A stretch of 64,000 bases of DNA from a virus: IMG/VR virus record IMGVR_UViG_3300028601_000033, positions 3,219 through 67,218 of that record; one strand, given 5' to 3'. Each line of letters begins with the position of its first letter. Within the stretch, counting starts at the first letter, position 1. Below, piece by piece: positions 25,683-35,271 of the stretch. The notes under the pieces are model-generated. The model worked only from the letters and a program-made list of their open reading frames with translations, did not search any database and was not told the origin of the DNA. Position numbers and translations under genes: made by a program.

Positions 25683-25980
25683 AGGTACCGGTAAATTCAT
25701 TAGGGATTTCCGTACAGAAGCAACAGTGGCTTTAGACAAAGCAACAAAAATAAAAACTAAAGAAATTGTAAATGCTTTAAAAGAAGCTACTCCTGTCGAT
25801 ACTGGCGAGGCCAGGGATGGCTGGAAAGTCCATAATAATCATATTGAGAATACTGTTTCGCACATTGAGAATCTGAATGAAGGTTCTTCGCAACAAGCAC
25901 CAGCTTTCTTTATCGAAGATACTGTGCTTAAATTTAAAGGTGTTCATCCTAATGGGATGATAACTAAAACTAAAAGTTAA
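25672..25980 (+). CDS. HK97-gp10-like tail/neck protein
   Basis: TPVDTG.AR.GW and LN.GSSQQAP..F motifs. Confidence 0.75.
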   Translation: MIVKGTGKFIRDFRTEATVALDKATKIKTKEIVNALKEATPVDTGEARDGWKVHNNHIENTVSHIENLNEGSSQQAPAFFIEDTVLKFKGVHPNGMITKTKS

Positions 25981-25984
25981 AATG

Positions 25985-26020
25985 AACCCCATTAGAGAAT
26001 AATTTCTTTAGTGGGGTTTT
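25985..26020 (+). terminator. rho-independent terminator-like hairpin before tape measure
   Basis: AACCCCATTAGAGA-loop-TCTTTAGTGGGGTT then TT. Confidence 0.55.
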
Positions 26021-26030
26021 AAACCGTGAG

Positions 26031-29000
26031 GTGGATATGTCCGGTATTATAATTGATGTCAATGCTAAAACAGCAAAGGCTGAACAACAACTTGCGAATG
26101 TAGAAAAAGCTGTACATAATATCGACAAGACCACTAGCAAAACTTCTGATTCAATTAGAGGAATGGTAAAGGCTCTAGGTGCTTTGGCCGCTGGTGGCTT
26201 TGCCCTGAATTACATTAAGAGTGTCTCTACTGAATTTACCAGTCTTAATAATAAGATTGCTACTGTAACAGGTCGCTCTAAAGAACTCCTTACAACTCAA
26301 AAACAACTCTTTGATATGGCTGAACGTACTCGTGGTTCTCTTACAAGTACTGTTCAGGTATTTTCTTCTTTTGGTCGTGCATTGAAATCTACAGGTACAC
26401 CTCTGGACAAGATCTTGAAAGTTACCGAGTCTATTCAGAAAGCTGTTGCTATAGATGATATGGGTGCCCAATCGGCCGCCGCTGCTATTATACAGCTGGG
26501 TCAAGGTATCTCTTCTGGTGTTCTTCGTGGTGAGGAACTAAACTCAGTTTTAGAACAGGCACCTCGTATTGCCAAAGCTATTGCTGATGAATTAGATACC
26601 ACTACTGGTAAATTGCGAGGAATTGCAGCAGAAGGTAAACTTACCAGTGATGTAGTGTTTAAAGCATTACTGAACCAATCAAAGAGTATTAACTCTGAAT
26701 TTAATCAACTAGCACCCTCTTTGGGACAAGCTAAGACAGCTCTTTCTGACTCTGTTAAAATATATGTCAGTGAATTAGACAAAGGTCTTGGTTTAACTGC
26801 CGCAATGGGTATTAGAACATTTGATTTGAGTAAAGCTATTAGACAAGCCTCTAGAGATGCTTTTGAGTTAGGTACTAGAATTGCTTTCTATTACCATCAA
26901 ACTATGGGTGGTATTAAGTCAATCGCTAAACCGATTTTTGGAATCTTTGCAGCACTTAGTAAACAATTCCTCAAAGTTTTGCCCCGTGGAGTCTTGACGA
27001 GAACCTTAAAGAAAGATCTTCGTGATGCCATGACTATCTTAGATAGGACTACTGGAGGATATTTCGAAAAGGTTAAGAACTTTAATCCATTTGCTAAACT
27101 TGATTTTAAATCTGATGTAGAAAAAGCACTTGATGATCTTAAAGGATTAAACCCTAAGAATTGGACCGGTGCTGGATGGAATAAGCTAACACTTGAACGA
27201 TTCTTTAGTCGTAAGAATCTACAGGATTATGCAGCAGGTTTAAAGAATCTTGCAGTAGCTATAGCTAAGAACTATAGTACACTTGGTAGTCGTATAAATG
27301 AATTTGTCATCAATGCAGAATTTGGATGGCGTCGTGTAAAGGACTATTTTAATTTCGACAGCAGTAAACTATTTACATTTAAACGGGGTCACTTAGAAAA
27401 CTTCCTCAAATCTATTAACGAATTTGCAAAAGGTCTTACAGGACTTAGCACTAAGATATGGCAAGTAGGCCGCGTTATTTCAGAGAATTTCTTACCTGAA
27501 ATATATGCAGTAGGCTATACTTTTAAAGAGATCTTTACACTGCTACCTACTATGGTTATTGACTCTTTGACTGTGATAATTAACTATGTAGGTGGTGCCT
27601 CTAAATCTTTGGCAGATACACTTTCTGATTTTGTAAAAGTTTTCTTTATACTTGAGTCTCCTCTTAGTGATCTTTTTGAGACAGTTAAAAGAATCTTTAG
27701 TAAAATCGCAAAGATTATCCGTGCCGATGAAATTCTTGAAGCATTGAGAGATTTCAGTGAAAAGACTAGTGATGAAATCAAGCGATTGTTTGATGGAATC
27801 ATGGATAGAAATCCTTTTACAAAGGCATTGGCAAGCATAAGAGACTTTGGTAAAAAGGTTATTGACGTATTCTTCCGAATCTATGATGCTGTTATTGGCC
27901 ATTCTTGGTGGACAGACACAGTCGAGACAGTCGTTGATACTTCTAAAAATCTCTGGAAACGTGCTAAAGTCGGTTTGGCGACATTCGCTAAAGGTACTGT
28001 TACCGTATTCCAAGGTTTGTTTAGTCGTGTAAAGAATTTTGATATTGCTATTCCTGAATTCAAAAAGTTTAAGCTAGTCATTAGTGAGTTTAAGTTTCCG
28101 AAGGTAAAAAGTTCCAGTTTCATGGACGCCTTTATATCCATTAAAGAATCACTTACAGAACTCATGGGTGATCTCTTTCAAGCATTTCCTTCTTTAATGA
28201 AAGCTGCCTTAGCCTTTGCAGGGGCTGTTCTAGTACAAATGTTATTTCCTGTGAATATCATCAAGAAGTTCCTTTTAGCTGCCCTTATAACGAGTTTCGC
28301 CACAAGCGGTACCATAGTGGCTGAACGATTTGGCGCAGCTCTTACAGGCGACAGTCTGATGGCCACAATAGGCTACAAGATAGGTGAAGCTGTCGGTTTT
28401 GGTCTTCACACAGCCGCTCGTGAACTTCCTTTAATAATTGCTGACCTCGGTAAAGGTATTGCGGGATTCTTTAGAGGATTAATGGAGCAATTCCCTAAAA
28501 TTGCTACTGCAATGAAGGGTTTGTTTAACTTTACTGACTTGATTGATCTAAGTAGTCCTATGGGTATCCTAGGAGCAGTTCTTCTTGGTTCTATCGGAAT
28601 GGATATTTTTAGTGTATTCAAGAAAGGTAAACAAGAGACTACTTATTTTGGAAAGGTATTCAAAGGTCTATCAGATCTTGTTAAAGGGGAACGAGGCGGT
28701 ATTTTCTCCAAATTCATTTATGGTAAACTTGGATCAACTAGAACAATAAGTCTGTTTGGCCTTTTAATTGACCAAATGGGTATGTTTGATTCATTATTTA
28801 GAAACATGCCTGCTCTTAATTGGACTGTTAAGGGTGGAATTCTTGCTGGACTTTGGCAGGGAGATGATCTTGCAAAGAATGTGTCTAGTACGGTTAAGAA
28901 TAGCCTTATAAAGCCACTAACAAGTGAGATTAAGAAATTTATACAAGCTAGCCGTAAACTTGATTGGTTAAATGCTATCATTTATGGTGGAGTAGGCGCT

Positions 29001-32000
29001 GCTAATAGTTCTCTCACTAACACAGTAGGTAAACGTCTTAAATTAGCAGTTGGTGGTGCATTCGATTCATTTACAACATGGGCTGCCGCTAAATTACAAC
29101 CTGCCTGGGACGGGACAATTAATTACTTAAGCGCGATACTTTTTGGTCAAAACCCCGATGCTACAATTAATGGTATAAAACTGCAATTCATGGATATACT
29201 CTCATGGATAAGGACCAAATTAGGCACTCTTTCTGCCTCTAAGTTTGCATTGAATTTAAAAGGTATGTTCTCTAAACCTAGTAATCAAGCAAACATAAAC
29301 CCTCTATTTAACAATTTCACAGGGTTATTGGGCGGTTCGGGTAAAATAAACTTTGGAACAGTCAAGACGAGCTTGTTGAATATTTTTAATTTAGCAAAGA
29401 AACAATTACTTAAGCTAAGTCTATTTACACAACGAATAGCTGGCTCCCAAGGTTTACTTGGGAGATTGTTCCTAGGTAAATTCGGTAAAGTTGCGATTAT
29501 CACAACCATTCTGGCTTTGCTTGCCGGTATCGCATCTGCAAGTGAAACTGCAAATGATGGCTTCAGTGAAACATCCTCACCTTTAGAAGATTTAGCAAAT
29601 ACCTGGAATAAGATTAAACTTGAGAATCCATTTCTCACATTAACCACTGTTATCATTGGTACCACTCTGGTCACATTACTGGGTGCATTAATTAAATTTA
29701 GATCTCAAGTGGCCGCTATTTTCACAGGATTACTTAATCCTTCCGCTATACAACAGAGTTTTGCTCTTTTAAGTGCATACTTTGGTGGTAGTGGTGCAAT
29801 GGTGTTCAAACGTGCAGGTGTTGCTGCTGGAGCCTTTCTGGTAGGGGGTATAGCAGGTAGAGTGGCAAAAGGTAAGACAGAGTTTGATGTTTCTACAGGT
29901 GTCCTTCTTGCTAGCTTGTCAACTCTTATTCCAAAGGCATTCGTATCAGCAATTACCACTGCAATTAGTTCAGCGATAAGTGCTATCGGAGTTGTACCTA
30001 TATTAATTACCGCTGCATTTCTGTCTGGATTTGCTGCTCTCGGCGTCTTAATCTTCGGACCTAAAGGTAAGTTCTGGGAAACCATCGGTGACGGTTTTAA
30101 ATGGGTATGGCAGCATACTCTAGGTTCCTTGCCGAAGGAAATAGGACGATCCGGTCTGTCCAAAGAGATTGAGAAACTTGCGAAATCCAGTGATATTAGT
30201 ATTAAATTCAGTGTCGATAAAATTGACTTTGATAAGCTTTCTGAAAAACAAAGTAAGAAACTTAAGGAAATGCTTAAAGAGTTTTCTGAACAAGTAGATG
30301 CAGCTGATTTCGAAAAGCTATCCACAGGCGAAATTAGTAGCGATACTAGAAAATCTCTTGATGATTTAAACCGTGCCCTAGATAAATACACTCAAAACCT
30401 AACAGCTCTTACCGGTGAGAAAGTCGAGAACTTTGACCAATATCTTGAAAGTCTTAAAACTTTTAAAGAGGCTGGTACTTGGTTTGATGAGATTCAAACA
30501 CGGGCTAAGCAGTTTCAACTAGATCGTGCCTATGCTACCAATAGTAACATGCTTTGGCTTAGAAAGACATTAAATAATGTAACAGGCAGAGATAACACTG
30601 ATACCTTTAATGACATGAAGAAACTAGAGCAGCTTCGAGATACCAAATACAACGTCAGGTATAAGGGACCAGTCTCTACAGATTTCAATTATTTAATAGA
30701 CCTAGAGAAACAGACAAAGAATCTGATGCATACTAATGATCAGATGCAAATAGCAACAGAGGCTCTTGAACGTAAATTTGTAAAAATAGGAGATAAAATC
30801 CAAGATATAGAAAATTCTTGGCATATAACTCCTACACTTGGTCTTGAAAAAGGTATGACTGTCTTACCGGATACACATCCACTTAAGAGAGAATACAATG
30901 ATCTAATAGATAAGCTTATCAAGGCTAAAGAGGCTCAGATTCAATTTAACCAAGAGTCTGAAAATATTTCTAAGTTTCAGAAACGACTTTCTAATCTCCA
31001 AAATACTCTTAAGGATGTCGGAATTACCTTAGATACTTCTGATTTATTTGCAGGAGATGAAGAGTCTCTACTAAGACTAGAGCATCTTAGCACAGCTGCA
31101 CAGCGTATTATGAAAGACATGGCGCAGACAGATAATGTTGCCGATCTAAATAAATATTCCGCTGCATTAGCTGGTGTCAAGATTCAAATCAATGATATTG
31201 TCACTAATTCTAAAATTAATGATAATTCTCGTAAACAGTTTAAATTGAAAGAGTTGGCCGACTCCATAGGAATCAACTGGGTATCTGACCGTTCCTTTAG
31301 AGGTTTAGGCGATACAATGGCTCATCAACTTTATGCTGAAATGCTAAAGTTTAAGAGTAAAATGGAAATGATGAAAACTAAATTTCCCAGCTCTTTGGCT
31401 AATGTCGGTACAACTTATGATAAAGAACACAAAGCTCTTCTCCAGAACCTCGCACCTGATGATCGCGATTACCTATACTTTTTGCGAAAAGTTAGTGTTG
31501 ATGAAAAATCTTTTGTTGAAAATCTAGTTGCTCTCTTTAATGGCAATGCAAGTGCTTACAATTTAATGGCAGGCGCTGGTGCATCGAGAGATCAATCTAA
31601 GAACTTCATTAATAGTTTATTTGCGCAGCTTGTGCCTAGTGAACAAGACTATTTAATGCAACTTGCAGGTGTAGAAGAGCAGACTCGTAAATTCTCGGAA
31701 AATCTTCTTATAGTTCTTAATGATAGTAATAAAGTATTACTTTCAAGCGACCTTGCGGCTAATGCAGGGGTCGATTTGAGTCAAGTAGTGCGCTATAAAG
31801 GTTTTGATAGAAGTCTTAATCTATTGAAACAATTTAAGACTATCCAAGATGATATCTATGCAGCGGAGTCCGCCGGTGATACGCGAGGAATCGGCAAACT
31901 GTATCAGAAGCTGAATAATATTAAAGATACTCTTGGTGAAGTTCCTTCAGATTTACAGTCATTTATCAGTAATGTGTCTTCACTTGGTACATCTTTATCA

Positions 32001-34094
32001 CTTGAAGATATAGCCCAGATGGATAGCAAGAGTGTCAAAATTCTTGCTTCTGCCAATACTCTGGTAAAGAGTATGAACAAAGAACTGGCTAAGACAGATG
32101 GTGTGGTATCAAAGTCCAAAATTGATCGCATATTTAAACAAAAGTTTGCTGCTGCTCAAATGGTCTTTAAGACATTCTTTGCAAACTTAGGGAAGTCTAT
32201 CAGTTCTCAAGTACAACTTTTCAAAGATGCTGGAATCTCTGATTATAAGCAAATGCTTGCTATCCCTGAAGCTATGCGAAATAAAATTATAGATGCCCAA
32301 AAGAAAGTTGTACGTTTAAACCACCTCTTGGCTATTGGTGATAAATCTAAACCATTCAAGCAAATTGTGTCTGAATTATCTGAAGCTGAGAATATTCTCA
32401 ATCGGATGAAAAAGATCTTTGATACATTTGCAGGGAAGCTTGATGCTATCAATCAGGCATTTGGTATGAATTTATCTAGGGAAGAGTTTTCGATGCTTCC
32501 TGAAGATATTCAAATTCAGCTGTCTGATAGTGCAAGAACAATGTTAGACAAGCTTGACGGTACACTGACCAGCTATTTAGCAACTAATGCAACAGCTAAA
32601 GGTAAACCTCAAAATAACGGTACGCCTGGGATTAAGACTGATATCGACTTTAAGGCAGATATAAAACAAGCTACTAATGTGTTCAAAGAACAACGTGAAG
32701 CTACATTTGCTATGCAAAGGAAATACTTGCAGAGTGGTATTAGTAATCAAGTGGCTAAAGATAGCTTTGGCACAATGAAGACGTCTGAGGTCATTGATAC
32801 TGTTGTAGGTGTAATACCTAAACTATCTGACATGAAAGATCAGCTTCAGTTGATATCTTCGATTGATCTACAACGACTTTATAATGCTGCCTTGGATATT
32901 CAACAAGAACGTAAACTGCAAGATATAAACGCTGGTAATCAAACCGCAAGGCAAGTCGCGGATGCAACTACTAGAGTGATTAAGAAAGCAGTTACAGCTG
33001 TTGCAAAGAAAGACTTTGGTGCAGAACTTAAATTTGCACTTAAGGACATGGGTTTGAATATCGAGAATGCAGCTTTTAACATGATCGACGCTGCAGGTAG
33101 AAGTAAAATTGAAGGTTTCGTAAAAGCTATTGAAGCTGAGACTGTTAAGCTAAAAGCTGAAGGTGCAACGCCCGAGCAAATCAGAGCTGCTCAAAATGTT
33201 ATTGATATAACTACATGGGAATTAAACCAAGAAATTGAGAGAGCATCTAAGAATCCAGAGATAGTTAAGAAGGAGTCTATAAAGGCTGCCGGTGAAAATA
33301 TGGCATCTTCCGTACATTCTGGTCTTGTGAGTGCTTTCCAAGGTTTACTCAAGGGTCAAGATGATCTTGGGGACTTTGTCATGAATATCATGAGTACTCT
33401 TACAAACTCTATTGTGGATACATTTATTAATGGTATGCTTGATCCTTTGACCGGTGAAGGTGGACTACTTACTGAGGGTTTGAAATCTTTCGGTACGAGT
33501 CTGTATGATAATGTCTCGGGCATATTTACGGATATGTTTACCGGCATAAAGGATGTTCTGACTAGAGAAAATGGTTTAGGCTCAAAAATCTTCTCTTTCT
33601 TCAATGGCATCATAAACAATATTCAAAATGCCTTCGCTCAAGCAGGCCAAGCCTCAGGTTTCTGGGGTACAACTATGGGCTTTATATCTGGTCTCTTCGG
33701 AGGTGGCGGTACTGTTGCTGCCGCCACAGGTGGTTTTATTACTGGCCCTGGTACTGGTACCTCTGATTCTATCTACGCTAGATTGTCAAATGGCGAATAT
33801 ATTATTAATGCCAAACAAACACGACGCCATAGACGTTTACTAGAAGCTATCAATAGCAATACACTACCTCATTTTAATATGGGTGGTCCTGTAACTGGTA
33901 TCAACTCCACATTACCTATGAGAAATGATGCTGAGCCTGCTAAGCGCAAGGTTAAGGATACACAACAACAGGTAATTAATCTTAACATCACAGGTGACGT
34001 ATCACGTCAAACTAGAGCAGAAATCTTCAGAATGCTCCCAAGTATCGCTAATGGAGTGAATGCTCATAACAAAGAAACAGGTTATAAGGGATAG
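26031..34094 (+). CDS. tape measure protein (2687 aa)
   Basis: QLGQG..SGVLRGEELNSV.EQAP tape-measure domain; C-terminal ATGG.I.GPGTGTSDSI.ARLSNGEY. Confidence 0.95.
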   Translation: MDMSGIIIDVNAKTAKAEQQLANVEKAVHNIDKTTSKTSDSIRGMVKALGALAAGGFALNYIKSVSTEFTSLNNKIATVTGRSKELLTTQKQLFDMAERTRGSLTSTVQVFSSFGRALKSTGTPLDKILKVTESIQKAVAIDDMGAQSAAAAIIQLGQGISSGVLRGEELNSVLEQAPRIAKAIADELDTTTGKLRGIAAEGKLTSDVVFKALLNQSKSINSEFNQLAPSLGQAKTALSDSVKIYVSELDKGLGLTAAMGIRTFDLSKAIRQASRDAFELGTRIAFYYHQTMGGIKSIAKPIFGIFAALSKQFLKVLPRGVLTRTLKKDLRDAMTILDRTTGGYFEKVKNFNPFAKLDFKSDVEKALDDLKGLNPKNWTGAGWNKLTLERFFSRKNLQDYAAGLKNLAVAIAKNYSTLGSRINEFVINAEFGWRRVKDYFNFDSSKLFTFKRGHLENFLKSINEFAKGLTGLSTKIWQVGRVISENFLPEIYAVGYTFKEIFTLLPTMVIDSLTVIINYVGGASKSLADTLSDFVKVFFILESPLSDLFETVKRIFSKIAKIIRADEILEALRDFSEKTSDEIKRLFDGIMDRNPFTKALASIRDFGKKVIDVFFRIYDAVIGHSWWTDTVETVVDTSKNLWKRAKVGLATFAKGTVTVFQGLFSRVKNFDIAIPEFKKFKLVISEFKFPKVKSSSFMDAFISIKESLTELMGDLFQAFPSLMKAALAFAGAVLVQMLFPVNIIKKFLLAALITSFATSGTIVAERFGAALTGDSLMATIGYKIGEAVGFGLHTAARELPLIIADLGKGIAGFFRGLMEQFPKIATAMKGLFNFTDLIDLSSPMGILGAVLLGSIGMDIFSVFKKGKQETTYFGKVFKGLSDLVKGERGGIFSKFIYGKLGSTRTISLFGLLIDQMGMFDSLFRNMPALNWTVKGGILAGLWQGDDLAKNVSSTVKNSLIKPLTSEIKKFIQASRKLDWLNAIIYGGVGAANSSLTNTVGKRLKLAVGGAFDSFTTWAAAKLQPAWDGTINYLSAILFGQNPDATINGIKLQFMDILSWIRTKLGTLSASKFALNLKGMFSKPSNQANINPLFNNFTGLLGGSGKINFGTVKTSLLNIFNLAKKQLLKLSLFTQRIAGSQGLLGRLFLGKFGKVAIITTILALLAGIASASETANDGFSETSSPLEDLANTWNKIKLENPFLTLTTVIIGTTLVTLLGALIKFRSQVAAIFTGLLNPSAIQQSFALLSAYFGGSGAMVFKRAGVAAGAFLVGGIAGRVAKGKTEFDVSTGVLLASLSTLIPKAFVSAITTAISSAISAIGVVPILITAAFLSGFAALGVLIFGPKGKFWETIGDGFKWVWQHTLGSLPKEIGRSGLSKEIEKLAKSSDISIKFSVDKIDFDKLSEKQSKKLKEMLKEFSEQVDAADFEKLSTGEISSDTRKSLDDLNRALDKYTQNLTALTGEKVENFDQYLESLKTFKEAGTWFDEIQTRAKQFQLDRAYATNSNMLWLRKTLNNVTGRDNTDTFNDMKKLEQLRDTKYNVRYKGPVSTDFNYLIDLEKQTKNLMHTNDQMQIATEALERKFVKIGDKIQDIENSWHITPTLGLEKGMTVLPDTHPLKREYNDLIDKLIKAKEAQIQFNQESENISKFQKRLSNLQNTLKDVGITLDTSDLFAGDEESLLRLEHLSTAAQRIMKDMAQTDNVADLNKYSAALAGVKIQINDIVTNSKINDNSRKQFKLKELADSIGINWVSDRSFRGLGDTMAHQLYAEMLKFKSKMEMMKTKFPSSLANVGTTYDKEHKALLQNLAPDDRDYLYFLRKVSVDEKSFVENLVALFNGNASAYNLMAGAGASRDQSKNFINSLFAQLVPSEQDYLMQLAGVEEQTRKFSENLLIVLNDSNKVLLSSDLAANAGVDLSQVVRYKGFDRSLNLLKQFKTIQDDIYAAESAGDTRGIGKLYQKLNNIKDTLGEVPSDLQSFISNVSSLGTSLSLEDIAQMDSKSVKILASANTLVKSMNKELAKTDGVVSKSKIDRIFKQKFAAAQMVFKTFFANLGKSISSQVQLFKDAGISDYKQMLAIPEAMRNKIIDAQKKVVRLNHLLAIGDKSKPFKQIVSELSEAENILNRMKKIFDTFAGKLDAINQAFGMNLSREEFSMLPEDIQIQLSDSARTMLDKLDGTLTSYLATNATAKGKPQNNGTPGIKTDIDFKADIKQATNVFKEQREATFAMQRKYLQSGISNQVAKDSFGTMKTSEVIDTVVGVIPKLSDMKDQLQLISSIDLQRLYNAALDIQQERKLQDINAGNQTARQVADATTRVIKKAVTAVAKKDFGAELKFALKDMGLNIENAAFNMIDAAGRSKIEGFVKAIEAETVKLKAEGATPEQIRAAQNVIDITTWELNQEIERASKNPEIVKKESIKAAGENMASSVHSGLVSAFQGLLKGQDDLGDFVMNIMSTLTNSIVDTFINGMLDPLTGEGGLLTEGLKSFGTSLYDNVSGIFTDMFTGIKDVLTRENGLGSKIFSFFNGIINNIQNAFAQAGQASGFWGTTMGFISGLFGGGGTVAAATGGFITGPGTGTSDSIYARLSNGEYIINAKQTRRHRRLLEAINSNTLPHFNMGGPVTGINSTLPMRNDAEPAKRKVKDTQQQVINLNITGDVSRQTRAEIFRMLPSIANGVNAHNKETGYKG

Positions 34095-34096
34095 TT

Positions 34097-34690
34097 ATGT
34101 ACGGTATCTATGAAAATGGAAGTGTAATTGCTGAATTTGCCGCGCCTTTAACTGTGCGAAGTAATGTGCCTATTTCTGTTTCAGATACCCTTTCTCTTAA
34201 ACGACAAGTATCAAAGAGTACGGCACAACGGTGGGAAATTGAAACTGCCGTTGTGCCTCTCTTGGAGGACGCTAATGACTTCCTTGTCAGTTTAGTTACA
34301 AAGGGTCATTCTGAGACTGTAATGGTGCAAATGCCACAGAATATGGGTGTTGTTCGTAAACGAACCTCTAATTCAATTCCTGCAGCTACTGGCACAGCAG
34401 GTAGTTCATTTGTAAATATTACAAGCAATGTGGGGTTAATTCCTAAAGGAACCTTCGTAAAATTCGATAATCATAGTAAAATCTATATGCTTACTCAAGA
34501 TTTAACAGATGAGGGGCTTATGTATATATTCCCCGTATTAAGGTCAGATGTCACCTTAGACACTGTTTATCACCGTGATGATGTTTTAATGTCTGCATTT
34601 TATGATACAGATGTGATTACGGGTATGGTCTACGAGGATGGTCTGTTAATGACCCCTGGAAGTATAAAGATGGTGGAGCGAATCGTATGA
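34097..34690 (+). CDS. distal tail protein (putative)
   Basis: Follows the tape measure; AQRWE and G.FVKF.NHSKIY motifs. Confidence 0.65.
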   Translation: MYGIYENGSVIAEFAAPLTVRSNVPISVSDTLSLKRQVSKSTAQRWEIETAVVPLLEDANDFLVSLVTKGHSETVMVQMPQNMGVVRKRTSNSIPAATGTAGSSFVNITSNVGLIPKGTFVKFDNHSKIYMLTQDLTDEGLMYIFPVLRSDVTLDTVYHRDDVLMSAFYDTDVITGMVYEDGLLMTPGSIKMVERIV

Positions 34691-35271
34691 TAGAATTTAG
34701 CGAAACTCTTCAAAATATCCTACGGCAACCGGTACTCGAATATTTTTATCTCGTTAGAATTTACGATGTCAATGATAATACTATCTATGGTATCACAACA
34801 TATTTTAATGAGATTACTTTTCAAGATAAAGTTTATGAAGCAAATGCTGCATTGATTTCTATTGATCCTCCTCAGCTAAGTTCTACTGTAGATAGAGAGC
34901 AATATAAAATTAATATAGCTGATCCGCTGTTTACTACAGGTGAATTTGCCGATAATGGTCTTGTGGGTAAACGTGTAGCTGTGTATATTGGTTTTATAAA
35001 CCCTGAGAATAATCAGCCACTATTAAATGATAATGAGATATTAACATCGTATGTAGGTCGAATCGATGCAAATGCGTATAAACTCGAGACAGACGAAATA
35101 GGTGAATCAATTCTTCAATTAACATGTTCAAGTCCAATGTCTGACTTAGATTTAAAAAAGAACTTATATCTAAGTAAAGATGCAGTAAAACGTAGAAATC
35201 CTGAAGATACTTGCTGCGATCAGATATATGAAGGCTCGAATAAATCTGTACTCAAGTGGGGTAAAGAATAA
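34687..35271 (+). CDS. tail tip / hub protein (putative)
   Basis: Position and V.IGF...Y.G.ID...L.C.S pattern. Confidence 0.6.
   Translation: MIEFSETLQNILRQPVLEYFYLVRIYDVNDNTIYGITTYFNEITFQDKVYEANAALISIDPPQLSSTVDREQYKINIADPLFTTGEFADNGLVGKRVAVYIGFINPENNQPLLNDNEILTSYVGRIDANAYKLETDEIGESILQLTCSSPMSDLDLKKNLYLSKDAVKRRNPEDTCCDQIYEGSNKSVLKWGKE

Noticed and set aside
26175-33843. Many minus-strand and alternate-frame ORFs, such as 29705-30391
   Set aside because: Antisense shadows of long + strand genes with no RBS or recognisable motifs; same for others across the window
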